DNA of 64,000 bases from the NCBI RefSeq assembly GCF_006345805.1, contig NC_042999.1, positions 27,528,001-27,592,000 of the forward strand, written 5' to 3'. This document shows positions 1 through 12,186 of the stretch, in pieces (the stretch's first letter is position 1; the number at the start of each line of letters is the position of its first letter). The notes beneath the pieces are model-generated. The model was not told where the DNA came from and did not search any database. It saw only the letters and a list, made by a program, of their open reading frames with translations. The stretch comes from Octopus sinensis (taxonomy: Eukaryota). Made by a program: the position numbers and the translations under genes.

Positions 1-145
1 GTTGGGCTAATTTAGAGGAAGTTGCTCCAATGTAGAAGAACACATCGGTTCCAGAAGAAATTTTGCACTGGTAAATGGTGTTTCTAATTTTGAAATTGTT
101 GGATTAGAACTTTAATCTGTTGGGGTTAACTTCCGATACTAAGAC

Positions 146-151
146 AGAGTT

Positions 152-236
<85 letters not shown>

Positions 237-248
237 ATATATATATAT
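146..248. repeat. (TA)n microsatellite
   Basis: Near-pure TA run seen directly. Confidence 0.95.
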
Positions 249-300
249 GGCGGTGCCCCAGCATGGCCACAGCTCGTGAGCTGAAACTAGATAAATGAAA
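249..300 (+). mobile_element. 3' end fragment of CORE-like SINE family (family C)
   Basis: ggcggtgccccagcatggccacagc...ctgaaac matches the 3' tail of the full copies at 4734 and 49150. Confidence 0.7.
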
Positions 301-568
301 AAAAATATATATAAATATGTGTGTGTGTTTGTAATTCAATATTTCTATACAAATCTATTTATCTTAACAAGCACCACTTCCAGCTTTTAACCAAGAATGT
401 CTAGGGAGGAGTTGTAAAGCTGGAACCGTAGTGAGTTCAATCATAACAAGTTTCGGTTCATTTCGACACTCAACAGCACGAAAGCATCTAAGGATGTGTT
501 TCTTTCTTTTCTTTGAAGTAGCAAAAATAACCTTAGTATACTAGCTAATAAGGTGGAAGAATTAAATA

Positions 569-569
569 C

Positions 570-632
<63 letters not shown>
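569..632. repeat. (AAT)n microsatellite, probably the 3' tail of the adjacent LINE
   Basis: Pure AAT run directly abutting the 3' end of the minus-strand LINE fragment. Confidence 0.9.
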
Positions 633-634
<2 letters not shown>

Positions 635-1100
635 TGTGTACAGTGCTCAGGTGCACTCCAACTCATCTAAAGTGTATATATAATCAGGTGTAGTTTCGGC
701 GGATTTCGGTAAGCATGAGGGCCTTAAAGGATGCAGTGTCATGGCAGTCAACAACTGACGCAGGCAGTTTATTCCATGCTTCAGCAACTCTGAGCGTGAA
801 AAATGTTTCCGAAAGTCATGGGAGCTGTGTTGTTTTCTGACTTTGTAGGCATGTCCACGTGTGTTAGATACATGGAGATCAAAAAGGTGTTCAGTGTTGT
901 TGTTGGTGAGGTGGTTGATAGCTTTGTGGGTGTTTACCAAGTCCGTCGCCAGACGCCGGAGCTTCAGTGAATCCATGCCCAGGGAAACAAGGCGCTCACT
1001 GTTTCTCAAGAGTAGGTATCATTTATGCCAGGGAAGTCAAAGAGTCGCTGTTTCTGATTGATCGGAGTTTATTTCTGTTTTACGTCATTCAGCATTCACT
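633..1100 (-). mobile_element. 5'-truncated CR1-group LINE, ORF2 C-terminus and 3' end
   Basis: Peptide SLGMDSLKLRRLATDLVNTHK...TRGHAYKVRKQHSSHDFRKHF matches the CR1 ORF2 C-terminal pattern (L.SL..RRL..DL...YK...TRGH..K...R..FF); ends in an (ATT)n tail. Confidence 0.8.
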
Positions 1101-1287
1101 GCCAAAATATTAGATTATATTAGATACAACTCAACAAACTCGTACGGAAGGAAAAATGATATTCATATCTATCTTAGAAAGTGAGGTAAACGATTTGTAT
1201 TTAATCAAGAATTAAAATCAAATAATGGTTGTCTCTACTCTCCTGAGAAACAGCTTCACCGACAAGCCAGTTATTTTACACATACGA

Positions 1288-1790
1288 GCACGCACGCACA
1301 TACATACATACATACATACATACATACATACATACATACAACATACATACATACGTACATACGTACGTACGTACCTACATACATACATACATGCATGCAT
1401 ACATACATACATACATACATACATACATACAAACATACCTACATACATAACATACATACAAACATACATACATACATACATACATACATACATACATACA
1501 AACATACATACATACATACATACATACATACATACATACAAACATACATACAAACATACATACATACAAACATACATACATGCATGCATACATGCATACA
1601 TACATACATACATACATACATACAAACATACATACAAACATACATACATACAAACATACATACATACAAACATATATACAAACATACATACATACAAACA
1701 TATCCATCCATCCATACATACATACATACATACATACATACATACATACATACATAAATATATACATACATACATACGCACGCACGCAAG
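1288..1790. repeat. ~500-bp (ATAC)n microsatellite
   Basis: Seen directly; source of the YIHT/MYVC pseudo-ORFs. Confidence 0.95.
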
Positions 1791-2146
1791 CACTCATGTG
1801 TTTTAATCATTTTATAGGAGAAAAGTAGATGTGGTGCGTATGTATTTTTTTCACCAAAAGAGATCAGTGTGGTGAATCTCAACGGCTGCAGCAGGGAATC
1901 GAAGCTTAATGGTGGATTCTGCAAAAATGATGTCCAGCTAACACTCAATAGATCCGAAAAGAAAATATGGTAGAACATAACTCTCGAAAGAGAAGCGTGG
2001 TAAATTAAAATAATGGCAGCGATTGAATTTCATATTTCAGCGACCACGGCGTGATTTGAAGACACAAGATAAAGAGGTGTAAACAATTAGCATTTACTAT
2101 TTTTTACATCACTATATCGATTTCCCTCTCCACTACTCATAGATAT

Positions 2147-2312
2147 CTATTTCTTTATTGCCCACAAGGGACTAAACATAGAGGAGACAAACAAGTACAG
2201 ACAAAGGGATTAAGTCGATTACATCGACCCCAGTACGCAACTGGTACTTGATTTAGCGACCCCGAAAGGATGAAAGGCAAAGTTGACCTCGGCGGAATTT
2301 GAACACAGAAAA
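2147..2312 (-). mobile_element. tRNA-derived SINE family M (Meta-domain-like core), 5'-truncated
   Basis: Reverse complement carries the B-box-like gttcaaattcc and the core gcctttcatcctttcggggtcg...gtaccag shared with full copies at 36435 and 37113. Confidence 0.85.
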
Positions 2313-4204
2313 CAGGGGCATAAACTAATAGCATTTACTTTTTTTTTTACATCCCTATATCGATTTCCCTCTCCACTACATATGAATATCTTTATACCGT
2401 ACAACAGATTCTATTATCCATCACATATCTATTTTTGTACACTATACTACAGATTCTACCATTCACTACTCATAGCCATCACCAAAAATCATGGTGGAAC
2501 ATAAACAGTAAAACGAGATTAAGTTGTTATGCTCGCTTATCCCATGACCATTTCTAATCAAGTATTACTTTAATCAAAAGTATTCCCCCGCCTCATGACC
2601 TCTTACCTCTTTTAGGCACGACTATCTAGGACTATCCAGTGAATCTTGCTTTTTTAAGACAGTAAGATGTGTTATAAAAGAAACTTGGCTGCTATTTCTA
2701 ACATTTCGCACTACCACATAGAGGCAACGTCATTGTTTCACAGAGACTAAGTAGTATCCAATGGCGTTTTAGATACTAGCTCTGCTATCTCTAACGTCAA
2801 TATAATGATATCTCACTGTCAAATAAAACCTCATCACATTATCATAGACTGACAGATTGATTTCATTCAATAATTCTCAGATCATATATACAAGCCTCAG
2901 GTTGTCACAACCTATGAAATCAATATGAAGTTAAGACTATATTGTCTTTTGAATTGAATTCTCATGAATACTAGAAATAACATTTCCATAGTGTATTGAT
3001 TTCTATTGATTTTGCGCAGTGACAGTTGTGCTGAGGAGACGCATAGTCCGTTAAATATACCCAAATGTATTATTGGTACTAAATTGATCGAACAGAAAAT
3101 TATGAAGTGGAAAGTCGGACTGGTCAAGTATAAATTGAGAATAGTGAGGCAACGAAATAGAAATTGTAAAGCAAACAAAGGATTAGATAACGTACAATAA
3201 GAAAACGAAAAGTTACTAAGGGAATCATAAAATAGTGATTATTATTAGCACTCATGTGTACTCTCAAAGAGTGGATCTTTCTGATAGCTTGTGTCAAATT
3301 CCTGGTAATAATATGTTAATTTCGCGCCGAAGTTTCCCTGCATTAGATTTCATATTTGAAAACAAAAGTGTTTAGAAGTGCTTGTTTTCTTGTTTATGTC
3401 AGAATGTGAAAAGCCATTTCATGCGAGAGGTGCCAACCAGCTCAACCGATCAAAGAATCGTGGAACGAAAATGAAGATTTGCTTTCGTTAATGGAATTGT
3501 TCAAAGTGAATTGAAAAAGGATTTTTTTGTTTCTTTTTCACGTGGTTACTGTTGTCAGCTAACTCGACATTTCATCCTTGGCTTCAGTGAAAAATACAGA
3601 ATGGTAATGGACTCCACTTCCATTATTTTTTTACATGCAACTCTATTCCTTTGATATTTTTCATTGAAGCTTACTTCGTTAAGTTCTGCTGCATAATTTG
3701 TTATTTAAAGCTAAGTGTAAAAATGCGATTTTTTTTTATAGAAACTTCTCGCTTTATTTTTATCGGGACTACTTTAGCATCTTGTGCACCTTTTAAATAT
3801 CAATCAATCAGTTGCTGAAGTTTAGATATTTGACATTAAGTAAAGTCAGATATAGTTATTCTATTGGCTCCAACTCTAATTTTGTGGCCGTGCTAGAAAA
3901 TAAACTGTAAGTTGTTTATTCGTGTATTTTTTCATCTACCTTTTAGTCAAGGAAAAAGTCATTTTTCATGACCATTTACAATACCTTAGGGACTTGTGGG
4001 TATGGGGGGGGGAGAAATACATAAACCAAATATCTGGCCGAAATGCTTATAACAGACTGAAATTTACAAAAAAACATGTAAAGTACCAGATAGTGTTGTT
4101 AAACCGGACGAGCGATTCATCCTATCACTCAAGTAGCCCATGGGAGAATATGAAGTCAGAATGCATAAATCTGGGACAAATACCGCAACAACACTTCCGT
4201 CAAT

Positions 4205-4350
4205 CTACCCACCTGGATTGGTACTTTTTATCGACCCAGAACGGATGAGCTGCAAAATTGACCTCAGCAAGATTTGAACTCAGGGTACAGAGTGTCGGGG
4301 TAAATAGTACGTGTATTCTATCCGACACTTTAACGACTCATCCAATCTGC
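4205..4350 (-). mobile_element. Old diverged family M SINE
   Basis: ttggtactttttatcgacccagaacggatgagctgcaaaattgacctcagcaagatttgaactcag aligns to the family M core. Confidence 0.6.
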
Positions 4351-4733
4351 TACCTTGTTGCTACTATTATTGTTATTGTTGCTTCTCTACTAGGTCAGCC
4401 CTGATAGAACACACCACTGTTACAAGCATTCAACCTGTAATCATCCTAGCTACATTATCCTGGAAATAAAACATTTACTATTTTTAACACTGCAGGATGT
4501 TGTTTAAAGAAGCTGTTATTATTCAAACGTTCGGGTAGCGGTTCGTTCTTCAGTATTAAATTAGTTGTGTAGTCAGAAATTTAAGATCATTTTTTTTCCT
4601 GCATAAGCTTAACTGTAGAAAGAAGGGCGACTTAATGGGAGTGATAATATAAATGTAATTCCAATGTCATGCAATGCCAAAGACATGATCATCGGGAATG
4701 CGATACCAATAAAAATGATAAACCTCCACAATA

Positions 4734-5146
4734 GGCGCAGGAGTGGATGTGTGGTAAGTAGCTTGTTTACCAACCACATGCTTCCGGGTTCAGTCCCACT
4801 GCGTGGCACCTTGGGCAAGTGTCTTCCACTATAGCCTCGGGCCGACCAAAGCCTTGTGAGTGGATTTGGTAGACGGAAACTGAAAGAAGCCCGTCGTATA
4901 TATGTACATATATATATGCGTGCGTGTGTTTGTGTGTCTGTGTTTGTCCCCCTAGCATTGCTTGACAACCGATGCTGGTGTGTTTATGCCCCGTTACTTA
5001 GCGGTTCGGCAAAAGAGACCGATAGAATAAGTACTGGGCTTACAAAAGAATAAGACCCGGGGTCGATTTGCTCGATTAAAAGGCGGTGCTCCAGCATGGC
5101 CGCAGTCAAATGACTGAAACAAGTAAAAGAGTAAAAGAGTAAGAGT
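4734..5146 (+). mobile_element. Full-length tRNA-derived CORE-like SINE (family C; probably one of the described octopus OR/OK families, assignment unverified)
   Basis: Head ggcgcaggagtgg..gtgtggtaag, B-box-like gggttcagtccc, CORE-like caccttgggcaagtgtctt, internal (TA/TG)n, tail ggcggtgctccagcatggccgcagtc...(gagtaaaa)n. Confidence 0.9.
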
Positions 5147-5283
5147 AATATGGTCAATATAACATATCGTAAATGTCACCAAAGTATCTATGAACACACA
5201 AGAGTATAGTTTCAAATTCGACTCGCAACTGAATCCACCGCTTCTACTGATATATATATTGCAATATTATATTCATGTTGTAA

Positions 5284-5467
5284 GGCGGCGAGCAGAAAGA
5301 ATCGTTAACACGCCGAGCAAAATACTTAGCGACATTTCGTCTGTCTTTATATTCTGAGAGCTAATTTCGCCGAGGTTGACTTTGCCTTTCGTCGTTTCGG
5401 GGTCTGTAAAATAAGTACCAGTCGTTACCCCTTCCCGAAATTTCTGGCCTTGTGCCAAAATGTGAAA
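5284..5467 (+). mobile_element. Family M SINE, diverged subfamily
   Basis: ggcggcgagc..gaatcgttaacacgccg head, cgccgaggttgactttgccttt core, ggccttgtgccaaaa tail. Confidence 0.75.
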
Positions 5468-5890
5468 CCAATATTATATTCATGTTAGTGTTTTTTTTTT
5501 TTTGATGACTGACAACAGAGGCGGAAGGATAATGTCCAGGACCTGTTTCAAGGAGATAAAACCAGAGACCTTACAGCAGCGTGCAGTGTCTCTAAAGGCT
5601 CCAAATCAACATTAGTGGCAATATTGATTCGATATAAAGAGTATATTCAGTAACATATAGAACCAATATTCATGTTATCGCGGCGGTTGGGTAGACCAGG
5701 AAAGAATTAGGTTGAAATCGTTGTTACTGTTTTACAATAGTGTTACAGGGAATTGTTCAATCAGATAGGTAGATATGGAACTATGTGATATTTGTTACAA
5801 AATTTGAATATTGCAACAATTTGAAACTATTATACCATTTTATATATATAAAATTATTTTTGTGTTTGTTGTTACAAGATTACAATATTA

Positions 5891-6325
5891 GGATCTTTTC
5901 AGTTTAAACGGCTGTTTTTTCTAGCGGTGTCATATGAAATTGTCACCCATAATTATGACCCTAGAATCGATCTATTGCATTTCAATCTATTTTAGGGTTA
6001 GGGTTAGTTAGGGTTAGGGTTAGGGGTGGGGGAGGGTATCTTTTTTTTCTTCACAAATGTAAATAAACCCAATCTGTTTCTTAAACGAGGGACATATTCA
6101 TACGGCACAGAATGTTTCTTTTTTACCTCAATGGACGTCACTGATTGGTTGAAATTGCAGAAATTGAAGAAAAATCAACAAATATCTTACAAACTATAGA
6201 ATTTTCTCAATAAAGCCAAGAGAAAAAAGATGTTTTATAAACACATTCTACCAGTATACGAAGTATAAAATTTTTTAGTTACCTAGAAATTATGTTAAAA
6301 ACTGCTGTTCAAACCGAAAAGATCC
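5891..6325. mobile_element. MITE with 29-bp GG-terminal TIRs and internal TTAGGG repeats (copy 1)
   Basis: Starts ggatcttttcagtttaaacggctgttttt, ends aaaactgctgttcaaaccgaaaagatcc; aligns along its length to copies at 6741 and 41304. No clean TSD at this copy. Confidence 0.85.
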
Positions 6326-6740
6326 TTTTCCGCTTTACGTCTAAATTGAAATAACAGAGGATAGTGTCTGATATTTTTCATCTGCCTTTATGCTCTTACA
6401 TATTGCCGGTCCATTAGTGAATATAGTTTCAAACCGAAAAGATCCTTGTTACAATATGGAATTATTGCAATATCTACTTAGATATTAAATTAGGCCGTGT
6501 TTCTAATTACAATATTATTTAAAAGAAATTAGGCTGCGTTTGTAATTACAATATTATTACAATATAGGATTGCTGTAAGTTGAATAGATACTAAATTAGT
6601 CTGTGTTTGTAGTTACAATACGAAATTGTTATAACAGTCAGCTGGGTATGAAATTAGACTGTTTTGTTACGCTGTTACAATATTGCTACGATATGAAATT
6701 ACTATATCAGCTGGGTGCACCTGAAATTAGGCTTTATTTG

Positions 6741-7171
6741 GGATCTTTTCGGTTTGAAGGGCAGTTTTTTCTAGCGGTGTCATATGAAATTGTCACCCAT
6801 AATTATGACCCTAGAATCAATCTATTGCATTTCAATCTGTTTTAGGGTTAGAGTTAGTTAGGTTTAGGGTTAGGGGTGGGAGAAGAGTATATTTTTTTCT
6901 TCACAAATGTAAATAAACCCAATCTGTTTCTTAAACGAGGGACATAGTTATACGGCACAGAATGTTTTTAACTCAATAGACGTCAGTGATTGGTTGCAAT
7001 TGCAGAAATTGAAGAAAAAAAACAACAAATATCTTACAAACTATAGAATTTTCTCAATAAAGCCAAGAGAAAAAGATGTTTTATAAACACATTCTACCAG
7101 TATACGAAGTTAAACATTTTTTAGTTACCTAGAAATTATGTTAAAACCTGCCGTTCAAACCGAAAAGATCC
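6741..7171. mobile_element. Same MITE (copy 2), 8-bp TSD tttatttg; Merlin-superfamily-like
   Basis: TIRs ggatcttttcggtttgaa / ttcaaaccgaaaagatcc; tttatttg at 6733-6740 and 7172-7179. Confidence 0.9.
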
Positions 7172-8329
7172 TTTATTTGTTACAAATACTGCAGTACTGT
7201 TGCAATATGAAGTTGTTCTAGCAGTTGTATGGATATGAAATTAGTCTGTGTTAGTCGTAACTCTATCACGTAACTTGTAATTTATCGGTCATTCTCTACT
7301 TTAAAGAAATACAAAACGCTAAGTCTACAAAGTTGTAAATGTGTACCAGCAGTTGTTAAATGAGTTATTATTGAAAATAGCACTGTGAAACTAAGCGTGT
7401 GATTCAATGGACAGCATTGCTAAGTTTAGTTCATATCATTGAATTGTACAAATATAGGATTCATGTTCTCAACGTCAAGAAATTTAATTTTCATTCTAGT
7501 GGTTCGGAAGACGATTCCGCTGTACGTCTCTTGGGCAAGTGTATTTTTACCATACTCGGGTCAACTCAAGTCTTGTGATTAAAATTAAATTGAAGCAGTC
7601 AGAAAGTCCACTGAATGGACTGTACGTTTCCTTAATTTTATTTTTGATTTAGTCAAGCAGTTTAACACCATCACCAGGCTACTGGATGTCTTAAACTTTA
7701 TCTACTATATTATAGACATTCAGACCATGTCTCCTATCTGAGAATAAAAGGATCTTCTTCTCATTTTACACACCCTTTCGGAGGACTCCGAAAGAAAAAT
7801 GTTATGGATATCACCCTCCTCCTCAACGAGCTAGCAACCGACTGAGCTGTTCATCTATGGATAAATATCTCTAATTATAAAAGATCACGGAACTGATCCG
7901 ATTTTTTGACAAAAGGTTACTTTAGTGTCAGCTATAGAATAAAAAACAGTTTCCATAGTTACCCAACAGCTACATCCTGGCTAATATCAACTAATAATCA
8001 ATCGTTAAATATCATCCTGTTGTTTAAAATATTTCTCTTTACAAACATTTTTTTGTTTGTTTCTTTTTCCTAAATCACATTATATTAATAATGAAAGCAG
8101 TGATTGTCGAAATTCGCAGAGTGCTCAGCAAAATAAAATGACGTGCAGTACTTGGCTCGGCTCTTTACATTCAGAATTCAAATCTTGATTGAGTCATCTT
8201 CATCTTTTATTATTCTGAGTTCGATGAAATAATAACCAATCAATGACTAGGAGTGGATCCAATCGATGGCACTGTCTTCAAAAATGTGTAATGCGTTGTA
8301 TCACTGAAATCAATACCGTAGAATATGTT

Positions 8330-9050
8330 TGTATTTTAATTGGTACAATATTGATTTCTAACATGAACGCGCGGTCTCGCGGTAGAGTGGGGGGGGGAGA
8401 TACTGAGCATTATATCGACCCCCCCACCCCAGCACTTAATTTTATCGATCCTACAATGAATGAAAAACAAAGACGACTACAGCGAGGTTTGAATTCAGAA
8501 CGTAAAGGGATGTAATGGCAATGTACTTTGTCCACCATTCAACTGATTTTGTCAACCCCCCCACCATTTTTTTCCACCACTCGACGTATTCTGCTAATAG
8601 ATCGCTTTAATAGAGGTGATATTGATTTCGAACAATCACACGACAATACTTTGAAGGGACGAGTGTAGTAGTTAATACCGATAGTGCGAGTTTGGTACTT
8701 TATTTTACAGACCTTTGGAATGATGAAACACAGAGTAGTCATGGGATTTGTGTTGAACATGGAATGTAATGAATTGTAATTAAATATCTCAAAGCATTTT
8801 GTTCGACGCCCTAACACATACGTCAATGCAATGCACCTTTAATTTCAACAAGCCCTTTTTTTCTGAAATAGGCATACGGCATGAAAATTTGTGGGAAGGG
8901 GCTAGTCAACTGGTATGTAGTTTATCGATTCTGAGAGGATGAAAGGAAAAGTCGACCTTGACCACATTGGAACTTGGAATGTAGAACCAGAAGAAATGCG
9001 GCTAAGCATTTTGTACGACATGCTAATGATCTTGCCAGCTCGCAATCTTT
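8330..9050 (-). mobile_element. Cluster of three old family M SINE remnants (~8330-8520, ~8640-8730, ~8880-9050)
   Basis: Each carries a degenerate ggtac..ttttatcga.cc..aaggatgaaagg..aagtcgac core. Confidence 0.55.
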
Positions 9051-9371
9051 AGAATAATACTACAATAGGAACATTTAAGATTTCTAATATAATTCAACAT
9101 GCAAACCATATGTGAGGGAAGAGTACGGTTTCTGAGTACTCCACTGGTAATTTTTCAGTCGATGATGGAGCCACTACGTAGTCGCTCTCGATCTGCTTTT
9201 AATAAAACCCAATATTCCTCAAATTATCCCCATCAACTTTAAAATAGAAAAGATACAATGGTAAAAAGCTGAACGGTCACGGTAGAAAAACTTTGGTTCA
9301 TAAATTTGACTAATCAAGATTCACCTCGATCTAAGCCTCTAAGACAACAAAGTACTTATTTTATCCATATA

Positions 9372-9770
9372 GGCGCAGGCGTGGGTGTGTGGTAAGACGC
9401 TTGCTTCCAAACCACATGAGTCCGGGTTCAGTCCTACTGTGTGACACTTTGAGCAAGTGTCTTCTACTATTGCTTCGGGCCAACCAAATTCCTGTGAGTG
9501 TATTTGGTAGACGAAGAATGATAGAAGCCCGTCATATATATGTCTATGTGTGTGTACCTTTGTGTTTATGTTTTTCCTCCCTCCCCACTACTACAACTAC
9601 TTGACAAACGGTGTTGGTGTGTTTGCGTTCCCGTAACTTAGCGGTTCGGCATAAGACCGATAGAAAAAGTACCAGGCTTTAAAATAAGGCCGATTCAATA
9701 GACTAAAACGCCAAGGTGGTGCCCCAGTATGACCGCAATCTAATAACTGAAACAATTAAAAGAATACGGA
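9372..9770 (+). mobile_element. Family C SINE, diverged
   Basis: ggcgcaggcgtgggtgtgtggtaag head through ggtggtgccccagtatgaccgcaatc tail. Confidence 0.85.
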
Positions 9771-10544
9771 AGAAACATAAGTTGTACCGTGCTTGGTATT
9801 TGAACTCAGAGTGCAGCGATAACTAAATACGGCAAGACACTCTATTGATTCTGTCAAGCTACCACTCTATTATAGAATCATTAAGATTCAGTAGTATTTT
9901 TCAAATATTGTTATTTGAATGAATGCCAAGAAGTAGAAGAGAAGGAACTGTCAGGAATAAAATATATCATTCAATATTTCCGCTTTAGTAAGCATGAAAT
10001 CATATTTTGTATAAATTAATTTTATCTCTTGTTTTTTTTCCCTCATGTTGTTTATCCCCAGGTCAGCTATGATTGAGCAGTCCTTTGACTAAAGACGTTC
10101 CAGTCATGACCAACCATTAATCTATATATCATTTACGATCAATTTATATTTCTTTTCATATGAAATTCGCGTATAATTTGAGAGTAATCTAACTGTCCTT
10201 TTCTAGTAGGTTGAACAACGACGTAGAGGTTCCCTAACCGCTTCGTATTTTATCTCTCCTTATTCTATGTTGCAGTGGTTTTCATTACTCTAGATACACT
10301 CTTAAAAAACGATCAATCTAACAGTCTGTTTACAAACTTCAAAAGTGCAAAAGATGATGCTCCTGAAGAGCGCCACGAAACTTCTGCAAAATACAGGTAT
10401 AGAACACAATGATACTAAATGCAAACCAAATCAAATTATATGATTTCAAATCCAGCCACGGTTGACTTAACCCTGATAAAATAAAGTACCAACAAAATTT
10501 TCAAGCCATAGAACTGTGGGTCCCACTTCATTCGTTTTACAAAT

Positions 10545-11200
10545 GCCTATCTTACGAATTAATAAACACAACGTTGTACTTCGCTGTTCTAAGTCGAAAA
10601 TTATAACCATTAATTTCAAGAATGCGAGAGTAGGTTCTCCACAAGTCACTAAAAACTGTGGTTCCTGGAAGGATCGACTGATGTATTTATTCCTCTAGTG
10701 CGTCACAATTCTGACATAAGGAAAAGCATACCTGGTCTTGCTATGCAAATAGCAAGCATCGATTCTCGGTTGTATTTACCTCTTGAGAAAACTTTCGTCT
10801 GTTTCAACAATCTTCTCTGGACTGCCTATCTGATCTGGATTACGGAGCAGGTCCTCCGCGCATATTTCACGAATATAGCTACTGTAATCAACACCTATGG
10901 ACTAGCTCGTCCCCACTTTTTCAACACAAAACCGAACTAAAGTCAATTCCTTGACCCATGAGTAAAGGGAAACATGCAGTAGTGTCTTAAGATGAAGGGC
11001 GCCATCTTCCAAACATGTATCTTTTCTTACAGGCACACACCCGTTGCATCTTTTTCGTGAGCACCACCAGTAATTTTTTCTGCGCAGGATCTTGTTCATA
11101 CAGTGTCTTTCTTTTTGTACATAATCTTCTTTTAAGGGTAACATACTTCTCCTGCAAGTAAGAAACCGCATTCTCTGCGGTTTACAATTTCTTCATCATA
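10545..11200 (-). mobile_element. Merlin (IS1016/ISXO2-like) DDE transposase relic, frameshifted
   Basis: Manual translation across frames: YWWCSRKRCNGCVPVRKDT (N-terminal Cys motif); VDYSSYIREICAEDLLRNPDQIGSPEKIVETDESF then GKYNR; QSILPGTTVFSDLWRTYSRILEINGY. These match the Merlin motifs GG.G.IVEIDES..KRKYNRG and I.PGT.I.SD.W.AY. Confidence 0.85.
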
Positions 11201-11783
11201 TTTGAAGCATCAATAAGTTGCCTGCGATCATATTTCTATTTAGGTTGATGAGGTCAAGTACTGAGTGTCAATGTAGTCGACTATCTGCCTCCTCTCCCCA
11301 AAATTGCTCAATAAAATTCTAAACAATTATAATTATTATTTCTATCTTGCACATTTGGATCAAATATACTAATTTTTTTTTCAACCTTCAATCTAACTGT
11401 CAATGCTTAACAGACATCAAGGAGAATATAATCAGCTAAAAATATGAGCTGCTTCAAGATTATGGGACTTGTGAGGGCATTGCATGCCTATCTTGATGTC
11501 CGGTCATTCTGAATTGAATGGATAGCTTATGCATGGAACCGAATCAACGCTCTGTTCATAACTGGTACGCCTTTCGCAATTGCTGCTTAGCGTTACCAAA
11601 TTCGATATTTTTTTTATTTTGTAATTAGACTGCAGTCATGCTAGGGCACCGCCTTCAAGAATTTTAATGGAATGAATCGAAAATCCACGACTGCATGCTT
11701 TGAATATTTTCTACTTCATTGTCTGAAATGATTTTGCCTGATGGAACTGCAACCTTTATTATGCGATATTCAGTTTTATTATA

Positions 11784-12186
11784 TCTTTATATATAAAAGT
11801 AAGGTTGTGTGTCTTTCTCCTACGATTTAGATTCCTAACTACTCCCACATTTTGCGGTGCAGTCTAGCCAAAACCGGGTATTTTATAGTCGTGATTCATA
11901 TCGATCCCTTCTGGGTATTAGCGCACGTCTACGATAAGTCTACGATTTAAAAAAAAAATTACCATAATTTTTCCGTATTTTTAATGAATTTTCGCTCGGT
12001 TTATATAAGGGAAGTAACTCTCTAAAAATTTATTATTAAATCTCAGAACGTAAAATGCTACAGTAACACCCCCCCCCCCCCTTTGTGGTTAGCCATATTG
12101 AGATGGCTATTATACTTTACATCTCTAAAAATGCTTATATAGTTATTTCCCTTACAAACCCGAGCAACGCCAGGTGATAGTGCTAG
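11784..12186 (+). mobile_element. Non-autonomous Helitron
   Basis: 5' TCTTTATATATAAAAG, 3' hairpin cccgagcaacgccagg followed by ...TGCTAG, inserted between A and T; same family at 63677. Confidence 0.85.

Noticed and set aside
1218-1828. Long ORFs rich in [12 protein letters not shown] (also at 18-19, 39, 45, 50 and 56-59 kb)
   Set aside because: Stop-free translations of (ATAC)n and (TA)n microsatellites on all frames and both strands; not genes.
1850-1960. Candidate 64-bp minus exon (ttttgcag..TTG|GTGAAA) or APE N-terminus on plus
   Set aside because: Both readings are weak and mutually exclusive; nothing independent supports either.
5984-6040. True telomere or chromosome-fusion scar
   Set aside because: Only about 5 TTAGGG units, at a fixed position inside a MITE present in three copies.
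10362-10395. Hammerhead-like gctcCTGAAGAgcgccacGAAActtc
   Set aside because: Core words are present but no stem I or stem III pairing can be drawn.
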